Assembly (NCBI GenBank): GCA_035553855.1
Contig: DATMJO010000163.1
Coordinates: 1,403-65,402 of the forward strand
Direction of reading: 5' to 3'
DNA: 64,000 nt
Source: Thermoleophilaceae bacterium
GTDB taxonomy: Bacteria; Actinomycetota; Thermoleophilia; Solirubrobacterales; Thermoleophilaceae
Shown here: piece after piece, positions 25,458 through 34,305 of the stretch
Numbering within the stretch: the first letter of the stretch is position 1
How the letters are laid out: every line of letters starts with the position of its first letter
The notes under the pieces: generated by a model
Database searches by the model: none
What the model saw: only the letters and a program-made list of their open reading frames with translations
What the model was told of the DNA's origin: nothing
Made by a program: the position numbers and the translations under genes

Positions 25458-28384
25458 GTAGCCAGGTCGAACTCGAACCACACCGTCGAGCCCCTCGCAT
25501 CGCCCCGTCCCGGCAGGCAGCCCCAGCGGCTCGCCAGGCGCGACACGAGCGTGAGGCCGAACCCCCCCTTCGCATCGGCGGATCGCGCCGGCCGCGACGC
25601 CGGGTCGAACCCGGGGCCCGCGTCCGAGACCTCGACCCTGAGCAGGCTCTCGTCGAGCCGGGCCACGAAGGGGATCGACCCCCGCCCCGCCGCGTCGCCG
25701 TGACGGAGGGCGTTCGTCACGACCTCGCTGACCAGCAGGCGGAGGTCATCGAGCTTGTGCTCGGGAAGGGCCCCTGCGAGATCCCCGAGCGCGGCGCGCG
25801 CCTCGGCCACCGCACCCGGCTCGGCCGGCAGACCCACCTCCACGACGGTCCCACGCTCCGCCACCGTCGCGGGGGGCGGGTCCTCGCGGGTCTCGACGCG
25901 GACGGCGAGGATCGCGGCGTCGTCGCGCAGATCGGCCGACGTGGCGGCCTCCTCGACGCGCCGCGCCAGCTCGGCGGCGCCGAGCCCCGCAGCGCGCGAT
26001 GCGACCTCCATCAGGCGGTCGTTCCCGAACAGCTCGCCGTCCACACGCGCCTCTGTCACCCCGTCGGTGTAGAGGAGCAGGGAGTCGCCGGGACCCAGGC
26101 GAACCGCCTCGGCCCGGAACTCCGGATCGGGGACGACGCCGAGCAGCGTGCCTCGAGCGCCGACCGGCTCCACCCTGCCGTCGGCGCGGACCACGTACGG
26201 CTGCGGGTGGCCGCCGCGCGCGACGACAAGGTCGGCCACGCCGTCGCCCGGCTTGAGCGCCGCGTACGCGACCGTGCAGAACTGCCGGTCGTCGCGCTGC
26301 CTGAGCAGCGCCTCGTTCAGCGTCGCGAGGATGCGGCCTGGATCGCGCTCGCGCATCGCGGCGGCACGAAGCGTGTAGCGGGCGAGCGCGGTGATCGCGG
26401 CCGCGGCCGAGCCCTTCCCGCAGACGTCACCGATGATCACCGCCCAGCTGCCGTCCGCGAGGGGGAAGAGGTCGTAGAAGTCACCCCCGACCTGGATCCC
26501 CTCCCCCGCGGCGTGGTAGCGCGCGGCGATCTCGACACCCGGGATCTCCGGCAGGTGCGGCGGCAGCAGGCTGTCCTGGAGGGTGCGGGCGATCTCGGCA
26601 CGCTCCCCGTACAGGCGCGCGTTCTGGATCGCCGTGCCCGCACGCCGGCCCACCTCCTCGGCGAGCGCCAGGTCGCGCTCGTCGAAGGAGCGGCGGTTCT
26701 CGGCGTTGACGAAGGTCATAGCGCCCAGGTTGCCGTTCCGCCCGGGGATCGGCACGATCATCGCGGAGCAGAGCCCGATCGAGCGGATCAGCTCGAGGTG
26801 AACCTCGTCATGGGCCGTGGCTTCGAGCAACTCGTCCGGGATCTCGGGGTAGAGCTCGGCGACGCCGCTCCGCGCGACCTGCGGCACGCCGATCTCGGCA
26901 TGCGGGTCCGGTGGATAGCGGCTTTGCAACTCGGCCGCGAAGGCGAGTCGCTCCGGGTCGGCGTGGGCGATCGCGACCCGCTCGACGTGCGAGTCTTCTA
27001 CGAGGTCGACGGCGCACCAGTCCGCATAGCTCGGGACAGCGAGGCGGGCGACCGCCCGGAGGGTCTCCTCGTAGTCGAGGGACGCGGCGAGCAGCCGTCC
27101 GCTCTCGGCGAGGAAGCGCTGCGAGATCTCGCCCCGCTTCAGGTCGGTTATGTCCTCGAAGATGTTGACCGCCATCGCCACGTCGTCGCCGTTGTCGGCG
27201 AGCGGCGTGCTCTTGACGATCGCCCAGCGCTCCTCCCCGGTCGCCCGGACCCGGAAGCGCAGCACCATCGGCTCGGCCGCCTCCCCCCGGAATGCCCGCC
27301 TGGCGGGCAGCCGCTCGACGGCGAGGGGGGCGCCGTCCTCGTCGAAGATCTCGAAGCGCTCGACGATCGCCGACGGCGGAGCCGAGACCACCTCGTCAAC
27401 GGTCTCGAACCCGAGCGTGCGCGCCACCGCCTCGTTCGCGTAGACGATCTCCCCGGTCCGGGTCTGAACCGTCACGCCGTCGGCGAGACTCCCGAGGATC
27501 GCATCGAGCCGGTCCCGGCTCTGGCGAACCTCGACGGCCGCATGCTTGACCTCCAGGTACTGGCCGAGCTGGACTCCCACCGTCTCGAGCTGGTCGAGCA
27601 GATCCGGATCCGTCTTGTGCGGCTCGCGCGAGAGGAACAGGACGACCGCGATGACGTCACTCCCGCTCATGGCAGGGAACGCGATCGCCGAGTGGAGGCC
27701 CGCGCGGGCAGCTTCGTCCCGCCGCACCACGATCGGGTCGCGCTGGATGTCGGCGACGACGAGCGGGCGCCCGGTGGCGAGCACCCGACCGGGGATCCCC
27801 TCGCCCATCGCAAGCGTCGCCTCAACCCGAACCGCCTCGGGCTCCCCGGCGGCGCTCCAGAACGCCGTGCGGTGCAGCTCCCCGTCCCCCCCGGGTTCCC
27901 AGAGCTCGCCGATCTCGCCCCCCACGAGCGGCCCTATCGCGGCGAGCATGCGCGGCGCAGCGTCCTCGGCGCCCGCGGCGGCGGCGACGCGGGCGACCGC
28001 GTGTTGGACTTCCAGCGCTCCGATCGCGACCTCGCGGGCCTCGCGAAGGCCGGCGGTCCAGACCGCGATCAGCGACCCTACGACCGCGATGAGCGTGCTT
28101 GCCAGGCGCTGGTCGCTCTCGAACGACGCGGTCGTCAGGCCGGTCGCGATCGCCGCCGTGACGGCGATCAGCGCGAGCGCGAGTGTTTCGGTCCTCCCCG
28201 CCCTGGCCGCCAGGAACGGTCCCACGAGGACCCCGGCGATCACGACGGTCCCGGCGACCGCGAGGTCGATCGCCGTGAAGATCGCGACCGACGCAAGGGC
28301 CGCGGCCACCCACGGGCGGACCGCTCGCGGCGGGAGCGGAGCGTGCCCGCCGATGTCGGGCCTGCGCGCCCCCATCACGGGCAC
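25454..28384 (-). CDS. multidomain sensor: TM region, GAF-PAS-GAF, PP2C (SpoIIE/RsbU) phosphatase and a C-terminal HATPase anti-sigma-kinase domain
   Basis: The PP2C motifs are GGDFYD, IGDVCGKG and LLLYTDGVTE. The C-terminal VSEVVTNALRHG..GFGLTLV is RsbW-like. The N-terminus is hydrophobic. Confidence 0.9.
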   Translation of the reverse strand: MPVMGARRPDIGGHAPLPPRAVRPWVAAALASVAIFTAIDLAVAGTVVIAGVLVGPFLAARAGRTETLALALIAVTAAIATGLTTASFESDQRLASTLIAVVGSLIAVWTAGLREAREVAIGALEVQHAVARVAAAAGAEDAAPRMLAAIGPLVGGEIGELWEPGGDGELHRTAFWSAAGEPEAVRVEATLAMGEGIPGRVLATGRPLVVADIQRDPIVVRRDEAARAGLHSAIAFPAMSGSDVIAVVLFLSREPHKTDPDLLDQLETVGVQLGQYLEVKHAAVEVRQSRDRLDAILGSLADGVTVQTRTGEIVYANEAVARTLGFETVDEVVSAPPSAIVERFEIFDEDGAPLAVERLPARRAFRGEAAEPMVLRFRVRATGEERWAIVKSTPLADNGDDVAMAVNIFEDITDLKRGEISQRFLAESGRLLAASLDYEETLRAVARLAVPSYADWCAVDLVEDSHVERVAIAHADPERLAFAAELQSRYPPDPHAEIGVPQVARSGVAELYPEIPDELLEATAHDEVHLELIRSIGLCSAMIVPIPGRNGNLGAMTFVNAENRRSFDERDLALAEEVGRRAGTAIQNARLYGERAEIARTLQDSLLPPHLPEIPGVEIAARYHAAGEGIQVGGDFYDLFPLADGSWAVIIGDVCGKGSAAAAITALARYTLRAAAMRERDPGRILATLNEALLRQRDDRQFCTVAYAALKPGDGVADLVVARGGHPQPYVVRADGRVEPVGARGTLLGVVPDPEFRAEAVRLGPGDSLLLYTDGVTEARVDGELFGNDRLMEVASRAAGLGAAELARRVEEAATSADLRDDAAILAVRVETREDPPPATVAERGTVVEVGLPAEPGAVAEARAALGDLAGALPEHKLDDLRLLVSEVVTNALRHGDAAGRGSIPFVARLDESLLRVEVSDAGPGFDPASRPARSADAKGGFGLTLVSRLASRWGCLPGRGDARGSTVWFEFDLAT

Positions 28385-28415
28385 CTTACGGCCCGCGTCC
28401 TGTCACCGCCAGGAC

Positions 28416-29246
28416 CTATGCGGCCCTGCGTGGCCGCCGCTCGGCGGCGGCCACGGTCCGGACCCGCGCGAGGGCCCGCCGCAGCAGGCGAGACACATGC
28501 ATCTGGGACACGCCGATGCGCTCGGCGATCTCCGACTGGGTGAGGTCGTCGACGAAGCGAAGCTGGACGATGAGCCGCTCCCGCTGCGGGAGGACGTCGA
28601 GCGCCGGCATGACCGTCGCGAGGTCCTCGACGAACTCGTACTGCTCGTCGTCGTCTCCGATCGACTCGGCATAGCTCTCGCGCTCGCCGTCGTCGCCGGG
28701 CCGCGGCGCGTCGAGCGAGACCGCGGCATAGGCGGTCGCCGCCTCCATCGCGTCGAGCACGTCCTCGCGGTCCATGTCGATGCGCTCGGCGATCTCCGCG
28801 GGCGAAGGCGAGCGGCCGAGCGTCGAGGAGAGGTCCTCGATCGCCCGCTTGACCTCCATCACGCGCTCCTGCATTCCGCGCGGGACGTGCGCCGCCCATC
28901 CGGTGTCACGAAAGTGGCGCTTGATCTCGCCGAGGACGGTCGGCACCGCGTAGCGCATGAAGGGCGAGCCGCGATCGATGTCGAAGCGCTCGATCGCCTT
29001 TACGAGCCCGAGCGATCCCACCTGGACGAGGTCGTCGAGCTGCTCGGACCCGCGCTGGTAGCGGCGGGCGAGTTGGCGGACGACCGGAAGCATGCGCTCG
29101 ACGAGCTCGTCGCGGGCGCGCTCGTCACCGTGGCGGTGATAGCGCTCGAGCAGTTCGAGGTCTCCACGGGCGCGCGCGTGGAGCCCGCCGGACGTGCCGA
29201 CGGCGTTCCGCTCGGCTGCAGGCGCGACGGGACTCTCGGTCTTCAT
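28416..29246 (-). CDS. RNA polymerase sigma factor, SigB/SigF (group 3) type
   Basis: DDLVQVGSLGLVKAIERFD, FMRYAVPTVLGEIKRHFRD and LTQSEIAERIGVSQMHVSRLL are present. A strong RBS (GGAGGAGG) precedes it. Confidence 0.92.
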   Translation of the reverse strand: MKTESPVAPAAERNAVGTSGGLHARARGDLELLERYHRHGDERARDELVERMLPVVRQLARRYQRGSEQLDDLVQVGSLGLVKAIERFDIDRGSPFMRYAVPTVLGEIKRHFRDTGWAAHVPRGMQERVMEVKRAIEDLSSTLGRSPSPAEIAERIDMDREDVLDAMEAATAYAAVSLDAPRPGDDGERESYAESIGDDDEQYEFVEDLATVMPALDVLPQRERLIVQLRFVDDLTQSEIAERIGVSQMHVSRLLRRALARVRTVAAAERRPRRAA

Positions 29247-29376
29247 GCGACTCCACCTCCTCCGTGTCGTGTGCCGGGCCTGGGACGCAAGCGCCGGCTG
29301 CCTCGCCGGCCCTCATGAAAGGGTTTCCCGGCGGTCCGGCGTGTCAACCGGTGGCGACCGCATGTTTGTCAGAAGT

Positions 29377-29850
29377 CTAACCGGACGGTGTGGCATCAGC
29401 ACGGTCCGTGGCGAGCCTGAAACCCAACTGCAGGAAGTCGTTGGCGGCCGACGCCGCCAGAACGCCCGTCACAACCCGCCCCGCCGGCGGCGAGACGATG
29501 CGGAGGCCGACGATCGAGAGCGCGCTCCAGGCGCCCATGCAGCGGGTGCAGGTCAAGAGCTCGCCGACGGCATACCGCAGCCGGGTGCCGCGCGGTCGCC
29601 GACCCTCCCCGGCTCGCTCCACGAAGGGCTCGCGCAGCCAGACGGCGATCCGCTCGCGCGCGACCACCTTGGCGAGGGCGAAGGTCGCGGCCGCCACGAG
29701 CGGCATGTCGCCCGGACGCAGGGCCTCCTCCACCCGCTCCGGGTGGGCGCGCGCATGGGCCCCCAGGGATCCCATCGCGACGGCGAACCCGGCGTTCAGG
29801 AGCCAGTAGTCGAAGGGCTCCGTCGGCGTGCCGCCGGTCTCGCGGGTCAC
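29377..29850 (-). CDS. DUF1360-like membrane protein
   Basis: LLTCTRCMGAWSA is the family-typical CxxC motif. A GTGA overlap joins it to the upstream HAD gene. Confidence 0.65.
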   Translation of the reverse strand: MTRETGGTPTEPFDYWLLNAGFAVAMGSLGAHARAHPERVEEALRPGDMPLVAAATFALAKVVARERIAVWLREPFVERAGEGRRPRGTRLRYAVGELLTCTRCMGAWSALSIVGLRIVSPPAGRVVTGVLAASAANDFLQLGFRLATDRADATPSG

Positions 29851-30482
29851 AGGGACTCCAGCAGCGAACGAGCCGACTCGTGGACCGAGCGCGCCCCGGC
29901 GGCGCGCAGCTCGTCCTCGCCGAACCCGCCCGTGAGCACAGCGTCGGTCGCTATCCCGGCGCGCGCGGCGGCCTCGCAGTCCCAGACCGAGTCGCCGACC
30001 ATGAACGCGCCATCACCCTCCCCCGCCTTCTCGAGGGCCGATCGCACCAGGTCGGGAGCAGGCTTCGTGGCGTCCACGTCCGCGGAGGTGGTCCAGGCGT
30101 CCGCGAGGTCCCGGGCTCCGAGGAGGTCGACGTAATGCTCGACCTCGCCTTCCTTCGCGGAGCTGGCGAGGACGACGGCATGGCCCCGCCGCTTCAGCTC
30201 GGCGATCAGCTCGCGCGCGCCGTCGAGCGGCTCGACCTCACCGATCAGCTCGGCGTAGGCCTCGCTCTCGCTCTCGCGGATCGCGTCGCCCAGATCCCGC
30301 TCGGCCTCGTCGCCTGCGAGCGCGGCGACCAGCTGGTCGCCGCCCATCCCGATGTGGCGGTGGACCCGCCACACGGGCACGACGATCCCGTGCTCCCGGA
30401 ACGCCCGATACCAGGCCAGGGCGTGCTGGTAGTTCGTGTCGACGAGCGTGCCGTCTATGTCGAGGATCGCGGTGGGGGCCAT
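29847..30482 (-). CDS. HAD-superfamily hydrolase
   Basis: ILDIDGTLVDT (DxDxT) and MVGDSVWD (motif IV) are present. Confidence 0.88.
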   Translation of the reverse strand: MAPTAILDIDGTLVDTNYQHALAWYRAFREHGIVVPVWRVHRHIGMGGDQLVAALAGDEAERDLGDAIRESESEAYAELIGEVEPLDGARELIAELKRRGHAVVLASSAKEGEVEHYVDLLGARDLADAWTTSADVDATKPAPDLVRSALEKAGEGDGAFMVGDSVWDCEAAARAGIATDAVLTGGFGEDELRAAGARSVHESARSLLESL

Positions 30483-30512
30483 GGCGATCCCCGTGCCCGT
30501 CCGGACGGAGGA

Positions 30513-31892
30513 CTAACCGCCGGACACCGCCGCCATCTCGGCGATGGCGTGCTCGAGGTCCGCGCCGAGCTCCTCGAGCTCGCCGATCGCGTCCGGGTCG
30601 GACATGAGCCCGATGGACACGCGCCCGTCGTAGCTCATCATCGCGATGGCGAGCGCGTGGCCGGGGGACAGGAACGGGACCGGCACGATCTCCCGCAGGC
30701 GGCGCCCGAGCAGGCGGAGCGCGAATTGCGGCCCGGGCACGTTCGTGACCAGCAGGTTGTGGGCGCGGCTCGAGAACGCGACCCGCGAGGCCTGCGCGAA
30801 GATCGTCGGCGGCGCGAAGTCCTGGAGGTTCGTGAGCACCTGTGCCCCGAGTGCCTGCTTCGAGTCGCGCAGCCCCCGGGTCGCCTGAGCCACGATGCTG
30901 AGCCGCTCCACGGGCCGCTCCGCATACACGGGGAGCGGCGCGATCGTCATGCGGACATGGCTCCCGAGCGGCGCCCCGTCCGGGGGGCGGACCGATACCG
31001 GCACGCCCGCCCGCAGGTCGAGCCCCTCGGTGCGGACATGCCTGCGGCGCAGCCAGCGGCGCAGCGCCCCCGCCACGCAGGCGATGTAGACATCGTTGAG
31101 GGAGCCGCCGAAGTCGTCCTTCGGCCGCTTGAGATCCTCCAGCGAGGCGCCGACCCAGTGCACACGGCGATGCGGGCCGGTCGGCACGTTGAGGGGCGTC
31201 TCGGGCGCGCGGTTGATCGCCGACCAGGCGACCTGGCCCAGCGCCTCTCCCGCCTCCGCGGCGCGCGCGAGCGATCGGCCGGGGGAGCGGACCGCCTGAA
31301 GCGCCGCGCTCGCGACGCGCTCGGGGCGGTGCAGGATGCCCTTGACGGCCTCGGCGACGAGCTGGGCCTGGGTCGGCTCGGGGCCCGGGTTCCATTCGCG
31401 CGGCTCGGGCACCACGTCCGCGCCCGCCTCGCCGGCGTCGAGGAGCACTGTGGTCAGGTCGACACCGGCGAGGCCGTCGACCACCGAGTGATGGACCTTC
31501 GAGACGAGCGCGCAGCGGCCGCCGTCCACGCCGTGGACGAGCCACATCTCCCACAGGGGCTTCGAGCGGTCGAGCCGCTGCGAGAAGACCCTGCCGGCGA
31601 GCGCGCGGAGCTGGTCGAGCGAGCCCGGTCGCGGAAGGGCGGTGGTGCGCACGTGGTAGCCGATGTTGAAGCGGGGGTCGTCCACCCAGAGCGGCCTTCC
31701 CATCTCGAAGCGGGGGAACGCGAGCTTCTGGCGGTAGCGGGGAACCAGGTGGAGCCTCGACTCCACGTGCGCCGCCAGCTCGTCATGCGCGGGCGCCCCA
31801 CCGTCGAAGAGGAGGATGCCGCCGATGTGCATGTGCGCCCCCGAGCGCTCCTGCGCCAGGAAGGAGGCGTCGCTCGGCGTCAGCCGTTCCAT
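30513..31892 (-). CDS. wax ester synthase/diacylglycerol acyltransferase (WS/DGAT)
   Basis: HHSVVDGLAG is the HHxxxDG catalytic motif. The N-terminus MERLTPSDASFL is typical. The start is taken at an internal ATG. Confidence 0.9.
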   Translation of the reverse strand: MERLTPSDASFLAQERSGAHMHIGGILLFDGGAPAHDELAAHVESRLHLVPRYRQKLAFPRFEMGRPLWVDDPRFNIGYHVRTTALPRPGSLDQLRALAGRVFSQRLDRSKPLWEMWLVHGVDGGRCALVSKVHHSVVDGLAGVDLTTVLLDAGEAGADVVPEPREWNPGPEPTQAQLVAEAVKGILHRPERVASAALQAVRSPGRSLARAAEAGEALGQVAWSAINRAPETPLNVPTGPHRRVHWVGASLEDLKRPKDDFGGSLNDVYIACVAGALRRWLRRRHVRTEGLDLRAGVPVSVRPPDGAPLGSHVRMTIAPLPVYAERPVERLSIVAQATRGLRDSKQALGAQVLTNLQDFAPPTIFAQASRVAFSSRAHNLLVTNVPGPQFALRLLGRRLREIVPVPFLSPGHALAIAMMSYDGRVSIGLMSDPDAIGELEELGADLEHAIAEMAAVSGG

Positions 31893-31938
31893 CCCGCGGC
31901 GAGCGTATCGCATCGAATCCGGTCGATATCCTTGGGGC

Positions 31939-32292
31939 ATGCCTTCGAAGCAGACCCTCGTCGACTGCTGCGTCCCGGTGGGCCATGCCCGGCTCTCCGA
32001 CGGCCAGGCGGAGGAGCTCGAGCGGCTGTTTCGCTCGGTCGCCGACCGTCACCGGCTCAAGGTGCTGAGCATCCTGGCGGACGCCGACGATGCCGTCTGC
32101 GTCTGCGCGATGGTCCCCGAGCTCGGCCTCGCGCAGCCGACCGTCTCCTACCACCTCAAGCAGCTCGCCGAGGCTGGCATAGTGGAGCGCGAGAAGCGCG
32201 GCACCTACGTCTACTACCGGCTCGCTCCGGGAGCGCTGGAGCGCCTGGGTGGCCTGCTGCGCGGGTCGGAGGCCGCCGCGGGCTCGCCCTAG
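31939..32292 (+). CDS. ArsR/SmtB-family metalloregulator
   Basis: AVCVCAMVPELGLAQPTVSYHLKQLAEAGIV is a wHTH with a CVC alpha-3 site. An additional N-terminal CC pair is present. Confidence 0.88.
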   Translation: MPSKQTLVDCCVPVGHARLSDGQAEELERLFRSVADRHRLKVLSILADADDAVCVCAMVPELGLAQPTVSYHLKQLAEAGIVEREKRGTYVYYRLAPGALERLGGLLRGSEAAAGSP

Positions 32293-32310
32293 AGCACGCC
32301 GCGCCCCGCC

Positions 32311-33150
32311 TCAGCCCGGGCGTGGGAAGTTCGACTTCATCATCGCGTCCCAGCCGCGGTCCGGGACGACCTTGCGCATCCCCAGCGTGAGCTTGGCGGA
32401 CGCCGTGACCGTGTAGCGCGTCTTCGGCCGGCGCTTCGTGATCGCCTTCTCGATGGCCTTCGCCACGGTTTCGGGTCCGCCGCCGAGCTTCGCCATCGGC
32501 CCGTCGTACGCGCTGGCCGTGACCTTCGCGACCGCGCCGTTGAACTCCGCGTAGGGACCGGTGTTCTCGGTGCCCTCGAAGCTCGCGACGGCGGCCTCGC
32601 CGAAGTTCGTGAGGATGAGGCCGGGCTCGATGATCACGACGTCCACGCCGAAGCCGGCGACCTCGAAGCGCAGGGCATCCGAGAGCGCCTCGACCGCGTG
32701 CTTCGTGGCGTGGTAGACGCCCCCGCCCGGGAAGACGAGCTTGCCGCCCATCGAGGAGACGTTGACGATCCGGCCCGCGCCCGCCTCGCGCATGCCCGGC
32801 AGCACGAGCTGGCACATCCGCATCAGGCCGAAGACATTCGTCTCGAACTGGCGGCGAACCGAGTCCATCTGCACGGTCTCGACGGCGCCGGACTGGCTGT
32901 AGCCCGCGTTGTTCACGAGCGCGCCGACCGCGCCCTCCGCCGACTCGACCGCCCCGACGGCCGCCGCCATCGACGCCTCGTCGGTCACGTCGAGCCGCAA
33001 CAGCCGGCAACCCTTCGCCTCGAGATCGGCGATGTCCTCGAGCTTGCGGGCCGTCGCGTAGACGGTGCGGCCCCGCGCCGCGAGGTGCTCCGCGGTGGCC
33101 CGCCCGATACCCGTGGAGCAGCCCGTGATGAGAACCGACTTCGACGCCAA
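32311..33150 (-). CDS. SDR-family oxidoreductase
   Basis: VLITGCSTGIG, NNAG and YHATKHA are present. The start is TTG. Confidence 0.9.
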   Translation of the reverse strand: MASKSVLITGCSTGIGRATAEHLAARGRTVYATARKLEDIADLEAKGCRLLRLDVTDEASMAAAVGAVESAEGAVGALVNNAGYSQSGAVETVQMDSVRRQFETNVFGLMRMCQLVLPGMREAGAGRIVNVSSMGGKLVFPGGGVYHATKHAVEALSDALRFEVAGFGVDVVIIEPGLILTNFGEAAVASFEGTENTGPYAEFNGAVAKVTASAYDGPMAKLGGGPETVAKAIEKAITKRRPKTRYTVTASAKLTLGMRKVVPDRGWDAMMKSNFPRPG

Positions 33151-33257
33151 TGGCTTACCTCTCCTCGACTGTGCTGAGGGTGAGCATACGCCCCATCGCC
33201 CGCCTGACCGCTCCGCGGGCGCGGCCTCGCGGCCGCGACCATCTAGGCTCCCCGGCC

Positions 33258-34292
33258 GTGAAGGCCGTCACGTTCCAGGCCCCCGGCGAGGTGCGCCTCG
33301 ACGACAAGCCCGAGCCCGAGGTGGATGGCCCGCAGCAGGCCGTCGTGCGGGTCGAGGCCACCGGCGTCTGCGGCAGCGACCTCCACATCTACCACGGTAG
33401 GGTCAAGATCGAGCCCGGCTTCACGATCGGCCACGAGTTCGTCGGAACGGTCGTGTCCGCGGGCGACGGCGTGACCACCGTGTCCGAGGGCGACCGCGTG
33501 CTCGGCTGCTTCTGCACCGCCTGCGGAACGTGCTTCTTCTGCCGCCACGGCTGGTTCCACAAGTGCGACTCGGGCGGGGTCTTCGGGCACGGCGCCACGA
33601 TGGGCTCGATCCAGGGAGCGCAGGCGGAGTACGTGCTCGTCCCGACGGCGAACCTGACGCTCAGGCGCGTCCCGGAGGGCATGCACGATGACGTCGCCCT
33701 GTTCGCGGGCGATGTCATGGGGACCGGCTACCACGCCGTCACCGAGGGCGGCATGCGCCCGGGCGACACGGTCGCGGTCTTCGGGCTCGGCCCGGTCGGC
33801 CTCTGCGCCGTCCAGGCTGCGCGCGCGGCGGGCGCCGCAAGGGTCATCGCCGTCGACTCGGTCGAGGACCGCCTCGCGGTCGCCGCGTCCTTCGGCGCGG
33901 ACGCCGTGCACCTGGAGGTCGGCGACCCCCGCGGCGCCATCAAGGCCGCCACCGACGGACGCGGCGTGGACCTCGCGATCGACGCGGTGGGGCACCCGGC
34001 CGCCCTCGACTCCGCGATCCGCGCCGCCCGCAAGCAGGGCGCCGTCGTCGCGATCGGCGTGTACGCCGAGCACGCCGACGTCCACATGGGCCTGGCCTTC
34101 ATCAAGTCGCTCACCGTGAAGGCGGGCCTCGCCAACGTGATCCGGCACGTGGACCCGGTCCTCGAGCTCCTTGCGAGCGGCGTGCTCGACCCGCGCCCGC
34201 TCGTCACCCACCACATGGGCCTCGGCGACGCCGCCGAGGCGTACGCGACATACGACCGCCGCGAGGCCCTGAAGATCGTGATGACCCCGTGA
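33258..34292 (+). CDS. zinc-dependent alcohol dehydrogenase (MDR family)
   Basis: GVCGSDLH, GHEFVG, a structural-zinc Cys cluster (CTACGTCFFC) and GLGPVGL are present. The start is taken at the GTG of VKAVTFQ. Confidence 0.9.
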   Translation: MKAVTFQAPGEVRLDDKPEPEVDGPQQAVVRVEATGVCGSDLHIYHGRVKIEPGFTIGHEFVGTVVSAGDGVTTVSEGDRVLGCFCTACGTCFFCRHGWFHKCDSGGVFGHGATMGSIQGAQAEYVLVPTANLTLRRVPEGMHDDVALFAGDVMGTGYHAVTEGGMRPGDTVAVFGLGPVGLCAVQAARAAGAARVIAVDSVEDRLAVAASFGADAVHLEVGDPRGAIKAATDGRGVDLAIDAVGHPAALDSAIRAARKQGAVVAIGVYAEHADVHMGLAFIKSLTVKAGLANVIRHVDPVLELLASGVLDPRPLVTHHMGLGDAAEAYATYDRREALKIVMTP

Positions 34293-34305
34293 GGGAGGAG
34301 GTGAC

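Noticed and set aside
29247-29376. A sigma-70-type promoter (TTGACA at the minus-strand GGTTGACACG) could drive the SigB/F-like sigma gene.
   Set aside because: The best downstream -10-like hexamer is about 21 nt away, which is too far. No convincing SigB/F-type GTTT...GGGTA pair was seen either, so no promoter call was made.
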